From Utricularia gibba (Eukaryota > Plantae > Magnoliophyta), in contig CM007989.1 of assembly GCA_002189035.1 (NCBI GenBank), forward strand, positions 3,162,001 through 3,226,000: DNA of 64,000 nt, in the 5' to 3' direction. The notes under the pieces were generated by a model that was given only the letters and a program-made list of their open reading frames with translations, did no database searches and had not been told where the DNA came from. Positions 27,025 through 36,572 of the stretch are shown here, piece after piece. The translations under genes and the position numbers were made by a program. Each line of letters begins with the position of its first letter. Position 1 is the first letter of the stretch.

Positions 27025-27717
27025 CTAGAAATCACCAGCCACAGGAGTGAACTTCAGTCCGACTCCGATTTCACCGCGATACTCGTCCTCCTTGATGATG
27101 TAGTACGCCCTCGGAGCAACGCTTCCTTCTTCCAGCAGTGCACGCAGGTGAATCCTGAAAAGCATTTTTCATGGTTAGGCATGTGTTACAGAGAAGGTGC
27201 ATAACCGGGAACAGGGAGTATTATCATCTCACTTAGCCTCTCCTATATAATCATCATCAGACATCTTATCCTTGTCCAAAACCTTCACCGACAGTTCCAA
27301 CACATCATCAGTTATCTCGAACACAAAAGTCTCGTTCCACTCTGGATCACTTCCCTCCCCTGCACCACCCAATCCACAAAAAATCCCAAAATCCAGTCTC
27401 TGATCAATAAGCAGGGGGAAGTTCGTTACCTGAAGCAATATTGCTTATATGTTCCTGAGTATTGTAGGCGATTTTTACGTAAGGATCCATTTTACCTGCC
27501 CCCAAAGACTAGAACATCACAGAAACAGAAAACCCACAAATGGTTTCGTACAGAAAGCTCAACATGAGTACGTATACTACGAATTTGGGTAGAAAGATCC
27601 AATTTTTCCCACCAGAACCAGCCTAAAGACAAAGGGGTGAATGATTTTACCGATGAAATCTTCATCCCTGAGGTTTTTAGCTCCAATTAGTTGAACATCA
27701 AGGGTTCCCCGAACCAT
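27025..27717 (-). CDS. Single C2-domain elicitor-responsive / PP16-like protein, copy A, 4 exons
   Basis: MVRGTLDVQLIGAKNLRDEDFIGKMDPYV...GEGSDPEWNETFVFEI...VLDKDKMSDDDYIGEAK-IHLRALLEEGSVAPRAYYIIKEDEYRGEIGVGLKFTPVAGDF*. Confidence 0.9.
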
Positions 27718-28406
27718 TTCTTCTGATTTTCAGTTGCAGTGGTGCGCCAGATTAGATTCTCCTCCTCAGCCAGTTACACAGTTGACCCAAATCGGTGATA
27801 GAAAGACTTGAAATATTCCTAATTTTGATTCTGATTCTCCAAAGCCATTTTGAGTATGCATTTATTACAGCATCATTTTGAATATTTAGATTTCAAAACT
27901 ATAAATAAATTTAATTCCTTATGCATTTTAAAATATGAAGACTTTTTTTTTATATAGATCGCATGTATGATTGTACTTTATATAATACTCAAATTTATAT
28001 ATATATATATTATTTGATTAATTGGTATATGTATATCAATCTCATATAATTATAACAATCACATATTTATTTTTTGATTATGTGGGTGATATACATAAAT
28101 GAAGTAAAGGGGCTAATTATATTTATACTACTTACATAATCATGTTTTTATTTTTAAATATCAAATATTATATATAATTGAATATATATATTATACTTAA
28201 ATATATTAATATGTTATTATCAAACCACCTCATTCTAATATGAAATATAGTGATTTAGACCTGAAGCAAAACCAAAAAGGTCCGAGGATTGCTCCATATG
28301 TTTGCATCTCTTGTAAGAACATAAAGCATATGTGGCTCCCTCATTGGGCAAAGGAAAAGTTGTACAGTTTTGTAATGAAGTTGGATGCGGAGGAGCGAGC
28401 AAGGGA

Positions 28407-29065
28407 TCAGCACTCATCCAGCTCGGGTGTGAACTTCAGGCCAACTCCGATTTCGCCGCAGTATCTATCATCTTTGATGACGTAGTATGCCCTGGGAGCG
28501 ACGGTCCCCTGCATCAAGATCGCGTCCAGTTTAATCCTGAAACCCATTGTTCTTACAATCATCAGTAAAGGAGTGAGTTCCATTTAAATCTGTGGTGACT
28601 AACTCACTTGGCCTCTCCGACATAATCATCATCTGTAAAGGAATCCTTGTCCATAACCTTCAATGACAGTTCTTGCAGATCATCACTAACCCTGAACACG
28701 AATTTCTCCTCCCACTCCGGACTGCTTCCCTTCCCTGCGCAATCCGAATCGATGGGTAGTTAGTTTTTAGATTGTGAGATTCGATTGTCTTTGTGTAGGG
28801 ATGAAAAACGTAGTCTTTCTCTGTGTTTTGAACCTGAAGCAATACTGCTTGTATGTTTCTGAGTATCGTAGGTGATTACCACGTATGGATCAATTTTTCC
28901 TGTGAGCAAGATGACAGATCAGACACAGAAAGCTCACAAATGACTTCTGTAACAAGAAAATGGTGACTAATTAGAAGCAAAAAGGTGACTGGTGTTACCA
29001 ACAAAGTCGTGGCCCCTGAGGTTCCTGCCTCCGATCAGCTGAACTTCGAGGGCTCCTCGCACCAT
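28407..29065 (-). CDS. Single C2-domain elicitor-responsive / PP16-like protein, copy B, 4 exons
   Basis: MVRGALEVQLIGGRNLRGHDFVGKIDPYV...GKGSSPEWEEKFVFRV...VMDKDSFTDDDYVGEAK-IKLDAILMQGTVAPRAYYVIKDDRYCGEIGVGLKFTPELDEC*. Same intron positions as copy A. Confidence 0.9.
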
Positions 29066-29938
29066 TTTTTTCAGATCTCATTTTTCAGAGCAACTCTTAA
29101 GCTAAAGAAGTCAGCTCTTCTAGAAGCCAACATTCAATAATAGAACTCGAGAATATTCTTCATTTGTATTCTGATACTTGGAATACAGTTATTTGAATAC
29201 GGTGTGCCTGCAAAGAATTTTCGCACCTCGTGATAAATGTGCCATGACACCAAAATCACGCATTCAAATCCTACTACTATTTTAGAGGTTAAGTCTGCCC
29301 GAACACAACTCCAGTGCTCATGCGTTGTTGCTACCCAAATATGCCTATTGGGAGTTGCCAAATCTCATGCATTGCTGCCCAATAAATGTCTGAATTCGTG
29401 CAACTCTGTCATGGAATTCAAAATCCAGCAACCCCATGTTATCTGCCTGCCATTTGATCATCTTCACCTTCTGTAATTTCACTTACAAGAATTACAGGCC
29501 CCTTCGATTTACAAGATGTGTTGATCTGGGCATTTTACATCAGGATCGAGCCCCTGAAAGACATCCTTTCTGAACCTAATCTTGGTCCTCAAGTGACAGA
29601 ATTGCTGTCTGAAGCAGAATTTGAAATGTCATAATTTGGAATTAAGTACAAATTAAACTTCATTGTTTGAATTAGGCGTTGATAAACCCCCCACGTATCA
29701 ACATTACTCATTCAACCCCCTGATTCAGCAGGAGTAATTGGAGATTAGAGAAATTTCTTTTTAAAAAGGTGCATAGAAAAGGAAAAGGCCTAATTCTATT
29801 AATCAGATTCGAAATTCGAGTAACCAACACCATTAATTCGAACTGAAATATTTTCCTTTCTGGTTTACTGTCATTTCCATGGAACCACTATTTAACCCCC
29901 TCTGATCTGAAACTAATACTCAGCATACAACACATCAA

Positions 29939-32357
29939 ATGGCTCCCTCTTCTTCTGTTCTGTTGTTTTCAATCGTTGTGCTTCAGATCATGTTCGTTCT
30001 ATCTGCATCGGAGCTTGAAACTTACATTGTTCATGTTGAACCCGAGATGGCTGATTTCGACTTTTTAATGCCAGAGCTATTAGACGGGCAGCCGTCTCGG
30101 ATTGTTCACCGTTATCGGCATGTTTTTTCGGGTTTCGCGGCAAGGCTGACGGCGGAGGAGGTGAACGCCATGCATGGGAAAAAGGGTTTTATTTCTGCTC
30201 GGCGGGAGAATATTTACTCTCTTCATACAACTCATTCCCCCAGCTTTCTAGGGCTGAATCAGGGTTTAGGGTTTTGGGATGCGTCCCACTATGGGGATGG
30301 TGTTATTATTGGTCTTCTAGATACCGGAATCAATGGCGATCATCCCTCTTTTTCCGACGAAGGTGGTGATCACGTTTAGGGTATGAATCACGTAAGTTTT
30401 CGTCAATAACCCTGGTTTGCATTTTGTTTCTAGGTGTGTCTCCGCCACCGGCGAAGTGGAAGGGGTCCTGCGAGTTGGGTCCAGGTAAATGTAACAATAA
30501 GCTGATCGGAGCGCGGAGCTTCGTCAATGGAAGCTCCGGTGCGAGCGACGATGTCGGCCATGGAACACACACTGCTAGCACTGCAGCCGGTAACCGTGTT
30601 GCTGGAGCCAGCCTCTTTGGGATGGCTAACGGTACGGCAGTTGGCATGGCACCCCGTGCTCATATAGCAATGTATAAAGTTTGTGGCGCCGAGGCATGCG
30701 CTGAGAGTGACATTGCTGCCGGCATGGATGCCGGAATCGAAGACGGAGTCGATATCCTCTCAATCTCCATCGGCGGAATCGTGAACCCTTTTTACGGCGA
30801 TAGTATTGCCATCGGAGCCTATCGTGCCGTTGAGAAGGGCATCTTTGTCAGCTGCTCTGCCGGAAACTTCGGCCCGAATCCTTCGACAACCTCGAATGAG
30901 GCGCCGTGGATACTCACTGTCGGAGCTAGCACCGTCGATCGGAAGATAGCTGCCGTCACCGTGCTTGGAAATGGCGAAGAATTACAAGGTGAATCAGCCT
31001 ATCAGCCTAAGGACCTCTCATCTACCCTTGAATTACCCCTGGTAATATTTTCATTATTATTATATTATTATAATTACTGGAAAGAAGTAAAATTCGTCAA
31101 TTGGCATTAATATTTTCTATTTTTTTTACGATATTTATGCCTAAAATTAAGGCAAAAAGAAAATATTTTTTGGAATTCCCATTTTTAAAATAATAATTAT
31201 TTTTCACACAGGTAAATCCGTCACGCAACAGTTTCTCATACTGTTCATCGGATGAATTTCAAGGGACGCCATTCACGGGCCAAGCTGTATTATGTCATAT
31301 CGGCGGCGGAGTACGCCGGGTGGATAAAGGCTCCGCCGTCAAACTCGCAGGCGGCGCCGCCATGATTCTTGTGAACGAAGAAGAAAACGGATACACCACT
31401 TTCGCAGAAGCCCATGTGCTCCCCACATCGCATTTAGGTTACGCCGACGCCCTGAAGATCGACTCCTATATGAACTCTACGCTGAACGCTACCGCCAAAA
31501 TCGTGTTCAAGGGAACGCAAATCGGCGATAAACTTGCTCCGATCGTGGCGTATTTCTCTTCCCGAGGACCGAGTTATAACAGTCCCGGGATTCTGAAACC
31601 AGATATCATCGGTCCTGGAGTTAATATAATCGCAGCTTGGAATAACCAAATTGGGAACAGCTCTGTTTCAACCTCGAAATCTTTCTTCAATATTATTTCA
31701 GGGACTTCTATGTCCTGCCCGCATCTCGCCGGAATCGCCGCTTTGCTGAAAGCGGCACATCCGGATTGGTCGCCGGCGGCGGTTAAATCGGCGATCATGA
31801 CAACCGCTGATCAAGTTAACCTCGCCCAGAATCCAATTCAAGACGAGCGTCACCTCCCGGCGTCGTTCTACGCCGTCGGATCCGGCCATGTAAACCCCTC
31901 GAAGGCGAGCGACCCCGGCCTTATTTACGACAACCGTGACGGTGAGTACGTTCCTTATCTGTGTGGGCTCGAGTACACACCTGCCGAGATTCAGACCATC
32001 GTTCAGCAGAAGGTGAATTGCGATGTGAAGATCCCTGAAGCAGAACTGAATTACCCATCCTTTTCCGTGGTGGTGGAGAGTTCCCCGAAGACTTACTCTC
32101 GCACTGTGACGAATGTTGGAGAAGCGAGATCCGACTACAAGTCCGAGATCGTTGCTCCTGTCGGCGTCGCGGTGGCGGTGAATCCGACCACTTTGAGCTT
32201 CACGTCCATCGGACAGAAACTCACCTACAACGTCACCTTCACTCTCGCACAAGGACATCCTGCGCAGAAAGACGCACTGTCACAAGGCTACCTGAACTGG
32301 AACTCCGGCAAGTATTCCGTCAAAAGTCCGATTGCAGCTGTATTTGTGAGTGGATGA
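29939..32357 (+). CDS. Secreted subtilisin-like serine protease (SBT1/P69-like clade), 3 exons
   Basis: Signal peptide, I9 prodomain, catalytic triad ([20 protein letters not shown]), PA domain and Fn3-like C-terminus. Exons 29939-30362, 30434-31041, 31212-32357 splice in frame ([15 protein letters not shown]; LELPL-VNPSRN). Confidence 0.93.
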
Positions 32358-33364
32358 TGAATTTACCTTACCTGTTACCCTCATATTACATAAGATGAAT
32401 TAAATTATTAACGCATATACTTTCAATTTTCAAATAATAAAAAAAGGCGAAAATGTGAAGTAGGAGAGAAACCCCAGACCGGGGGTCCAGGTAGACCCCC
32501 CCTTTAGGACCCATCTGGGCCTAAATAGCTGGACTGGGCCAGCTCCAATGCTGACCATGCTTACAATAGAATCAATCCTAATCATTTCCTGTTTTAACGC
32601 CTAATACTATCAATATTGTCTTTAATACTAATTATAGTAAACTTAGCAAAAATAGTGTCGTCAATACAGCATACTTAATTAGTGTGTCTATTGGAATATA
32701 TAAAATATTAAAAAAATGATTTACCGTACAAAAAATAAATTAAGGAGGGGTTAGCTACGTACTAAACTGACACATTTGTAGAATAAAGGTACGACACGTA
32801 CGGCATTCATGTGAGCTTTTGTGAATTGAGAATGGTATATTTATGGGAAATCGGGAACCCTAATTTACGAGGAATATTGAAAATATGTAATTATTTTTTT
32901 ATATTTGTGGACAGTGACATTTTAATAAGGGTTTTTTTTAATATTATTAAATTTGGAAGAGGAGAAACATTAGGGCAATGGTGAAGGGATGTAGGAAGGG
33001 GATGAAATGGAAGCTTCTATTCAATGCATCAACGGCAAGGGCGCGTGCGTTTTTGTAAGAAAATAACATTAGTGTTCTGTTAGAAGAACCGGCGTCTTCA
33101 AAGGACAGGGGACACACACCATTTCTCCTTCGCACCGTTGCCTTCTCTTTTTTTTTCCTCCCCGGCTTCTTCTCTCTTCCTTCCACCACTAGAGTCCACC
33201 ACTGCATTCTTTTTCTCTCTGATGTGCTTTTGTTGGCGGGGTATCCTCTCCTACTGCGGTGGCGCCGCCGCTGAGTTGAAGATCCGGGGAAGTGACTTGA
33301 CGGGTTGTTGCTGAAACAGAGGAATTGTGGTTTTGGTTTCTGGGGTGTGAGTTTTTTAAGTGCA

Positions 33365-35725
33365 ATGGCTACTACGCCGGCGGTGGGACCCGCCGCCGTG
33401 TCGTCGGAGGACATGGAGGTGAAGGCGGTGAGGAAGAGGTACGAGGGATTAGTGATGGTACGGAGCAAGGCAATTAAGGGGAAGGGAGCGTGGTATTGGG
33501 CCCACCTCGAGCCGATTCTGGTGAACAATTCCGATACCGGATTGCCGAAAGCGGTGAAGCTCCGGTGCTCTTTATGCGACGCCGTTTTCTCCGCTTCGAA
33601 TCCGTCGCGAACTGCTTCCGAGCATCTTAAACGTGGCACCTGCGCCAATTTCTCATCTGCCCCCAAGCCGATTTCCTCCGTTCCGCCGGCGGTGTCCGTC
33701 GGCGCTTGCTCTCCTAAAACACATAACCACCGGAAACGTGCATCGATTTCCGGCACCAGCCGCGGCGGCGAAACGACGAGTGTCGGTGGTGGTGGGGGAG
33801 AGAGCTCCAGTGGCATTGTGACCACTTTTTTAGCCCACCAACCTGCTCCACCGTTAGCCATCGTTGACCCGACCAGATTCGCCGTTGATTTAGCTTACCC
33901 ACCCCCTGTCTCCGTCGCCACTCACAGCGCCGTTTTAGCTTCTTCCAGCTCAAGTCCCGCCGGCGCCGGCGGCTTCTTCAGCCAACACCAACCTCAGCAT
34001 CTAGTTTTATCAGGAGGTAAAGATGATTTAGGTCCCTTAGCCAAGCTAGAAGACAGCGTGAAACGCTTAAAAAGCCCCAAAACTTCACCAGGACAAACAC
34101 TGGCCAAAGCCCAGATGGAATCTGCTCTTGATTTTCTCGCTGATTGGGTGTTCGAATGCTGCGGTTCCGTTTCATTCTCAAGCCTCGAGCATCCAAAGTT
34201 CAAAGCTTTTCTCAATCAAGTCGGTTTACCAGCGGTTTCAAGCCGAGAATTTGCAGGCTCGAGATTGGATGCCAAGTACAGTGAAGCTAAAGCTGAGTGT
34301 GAGGCCAAAATACGCGACGCAATGTTCTTTCAGATTTCATCCGACGGCTGGAAATCCAGTCATCCAACAGACGAGAATCTCGTTCATTTATCCCTTATTC
34401 TCCCCAACGGAGCCAGTGTTTTCAGAAGGGTTGTTTTTTGCGGCAGCTATGTTCCTTCCAGGTGCGCTGAAGAAATTCTGTGGGATACGATCACAGAGAT
34501 TTGTGGGAGCGCAGTTCATCAATGCGTTGGGATTGTTTCAGACAGGTTCAAAGGTAAAGCATTGAAAAACTTGGAGAATCAGCATAATTGGATGATCAAT
34601 CTGTGTTGTCAGTATCAAGGTTTCATTAGTCTGATCAAGGATTTTTCAAAGGAGCTGCCTTTATTCAAGAGCGTGACAGAGAACTGCTTGAAACTCGCTT
34701 GTTTTTTCAACACCAGGTCCCGCATTCGTCACACTTTTTGTAAATACCAGTTGCAGGAATACGGGCGTGCGAGTTTGTTAAGAGCGCCTTCCAAAGATTA
34801 CGCCATTGTTGAAGACATTCTAAGCTCGGCGAGAGCACTGCAGTTGGTTCTTCTAGATGAATCATTCAAGGCGACATTAATGGAGGAATCAACAGCCAGA
34901 GAGATTGAGGAGATGATGAGGAACCCTCATTTCTGGAATGAAATGGAAGCAGTTCATTCCCTCGTCAAGCTGATCAAAACAATGGCTCAAGAAATCGAAA
35001 CGGAGAAGCCCCGGATCGGGCAATGTCTTCCCATGTGGGAAGAACTCCGAGTAAAAGTCAGAGACTGGTGTTCCAAGTTCGATATCGTGGAAGCTCCCGT
35101 GGAGAAGGTGTTGGATAAGAGGTTTAAGAGAAACTATCATCCAGCTTGGGCCGCTGCCTTCATCCTGGATCCCCTGTATCTCATTCGTGACACGAGCGGT
35201 AAATATCTACCGCCATTCAAATGCTTGACGCCCGAGCAAGAGAAGGACGTGGACAAGCTGATCACCCGCCTGGTTTCCAGAGACGAAGCTCACATTGCTC
35301 TGATGGAGCTCATGAAATGGAGAACAGAGGGGCTCGATCCTGTCTACGCTCAAGCTGTACAGCTAAAACAGAGGGATCCCAACACAGGGAAAATGAAAAT
35401 CGCGAATCCGCAAAGCAGTAGACTCGTTTGGGAAACTTACATGACCGATTTCTCATCACTAGGAAAAGTAGCAGTTAGGCTTATTTTTCTTCAAGCTACA
35501 TCTTCCAGCTTTAAATGCAGTTCGTCTTTACTGAGATGGGTGAATAGCCACTCTAAGACTAGAATCGCGATGGAGAAAGCCCAGAAGCTGATCTTCATCT
35601 CTGCACATTCCAAATGGGAGAAAAGAGGAGACGATGAACAAGACAAGGAAGCTGAGATACTTGCATTGGCCAATGGTGAGGATGATGTTCTGAATGAGGT
35701 TTTTGTTGATACTTCCTCTGTGTAA
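33365..35725 (+). CDS. Domesticated hAT-transposase-derived protein (BED-type zinc finger plus DUF659), intronless, 786 aa
   Basis: Single ORF: KGKGAWYWAHLEP, AVKLRCSLCDAVFSASNPSRTASEHLKRGTC (C2H-C zinc finger), FFQISSDGWK, GIVSDRFK, YHPAWAAAFILDPLYL, LGKVAVRLIFLQATS. No TIRs or TSD seen. Confidence 0.9.
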   Translation: MATTPAVGPAAVSSEDMEVKAVRKRYEGLVMVRSKAIKGKGAWYWAHLEPILVNNSDTGLPKAVKLRCSLCDAVFSASNPSRTASEHLKRGTCANFSSAPKPISSVPPAVSVGACSPKTHNHRKRASISGTSRGGETTSVGGGGGESSSGIVTTFLAHQPAPPLAIVDPTRFAVDLAYPPPVSVATHSAVLASSSSSPAGAGGFFSQHQPQHLVLSGGKDDLGPLAKLEDSVKRLKSPKTSPGQTLAKAQMESALDFLADWVFECCGSVSFSSLEHPKFKAFLNQVGLPAVSSREFAGSRLDAKYSEAKAECEAKIRDAMFFQISSDGWKSSHPTDENLVHLSLILPNGASVFRRVVFCGSYVPSRCAEEILWDTITEICGSAVHQCVGIVSDRFKGKALKNLENQHNWMINLCCQYQGFISLIKDFSKELPLFKSVTENCLKLACFFNTRSRIRHTFCKYQLQEYGRASLLRAPSKDYAIVEDILSSARALQLVLLDESFKATLMEESTAREIEEMMRNPHFWNEMEAVHSLVKLIKTMAQEIETEKPRIGQCLPMWEELRVKVRDWCSKFDIVEAPVEKVLDKRFKRNYHPAWAAAFILDPLYLIRDTSGKYLPPFKCLTPEQEKDVDKLITRLVSRDEAHIALMELMKWRTEGLDPVYAQAVQLKQRDPNTGKMKIANPQSSRLVWETYMTDFSSLGKVAVRLIFLQATSSSFKCSSSLLRWVNSHSKTRIAMEKAQKLIFISAHSKWEKRGDDEQDKEAEILALANGEDDVLNEVFVDTSSV

Positions 35726-36529
35726 GATTTCTTTGTCCTCTGTACTCATCCCTCGGTATGTTGTTCCGTAAGAGAAAAAAAAGGTTCAGTCTTTGACCAT
35801 ATTCAATGAGAATCTATGCACTAATCTCACAAAGCAACGCTGCATTGAAGTGGTGAATGAGTCATTCCCACCGTCATCTCTCGCTAAAGTTCCTGGTTCC
35901 TTTTACCTTTTCACCTGTTTTTACTCAAAGCCACTTTTCACTGGATGCGATTCTTGGGAATTTTTTCTTCTTTCATCGGCTTCTCTGCATGCCCATCATT
36001 GACTGACTTCCACACTGTTTGGTTCGGTATGTGTGTCTGTGTCTGTGCCTGTGTGGTTTTTTATAAACAAACCAATAAATCAATCCATATTAAGTACAAT
36101 GAGAGTGTGTGCATGAAGAATAAGAAGAAGAAGAGGAAGCAGAGGAGCTGAGAGCTACTACTGGTAGGTAGCTCATAGTCATAGCCCAGAGAATGCCATG
36201 TCATTTGAGCAAGAAGAGTGAAAAGGCGAGTATAGCCTCGGAGGCCCCAAAGCAGCGAGAAGGTGAAGAAAGAAAGAAAAGATTGTCGGCACGAGGAAAT
36301 AAGGAAGATGCTCCGACAGTGATTTGATTACTGGAATGGAATAATTCTGATGCAAATGTTTTCCCCCTTTCACCACCACCCAATTCATGGCTCCCTCCCT
36401 CCATAAACGCCAATACTCTCTCTAGGCCTACGTACGTACACAAACACTTGCACAATTCCATCATCAGATCCCACATCACCCCACCCAACCATTTATGCTC
36501 TATTATCAAACATGTTATTATAACAATCA

Positions 36530-36572
36530 ATCCCACATCGAGATTTATAAGTGAAACAATCAAGTATATAAG
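36530..36572 (+). promoter_or_regulatory. USE plus TATA arrangement typical of a plant Pol III type-3 (U6/U3/7SL/TR-class) promoter
   Basis: Exact ATCCCACATCG at 36530-36540, then a 24-nt spacer, then TATATAAG at 36565. The spacing matches U6-type genes. No known snRNA is recognisable downstream. Confidence 0.4.

Noticed and set aside
29134-29640. Coding-like fragments between ERG copy B and the subtilase
   Set aside because: All frames are interrupted and no family is recognisable.
36201-36290. Canonical TAS4 or MIR828 precursor
   Set aside because: No siR81-like GCCTCGACCTCGATCCTTCA in the D4 register and no complementary hairpin arm on either strand.
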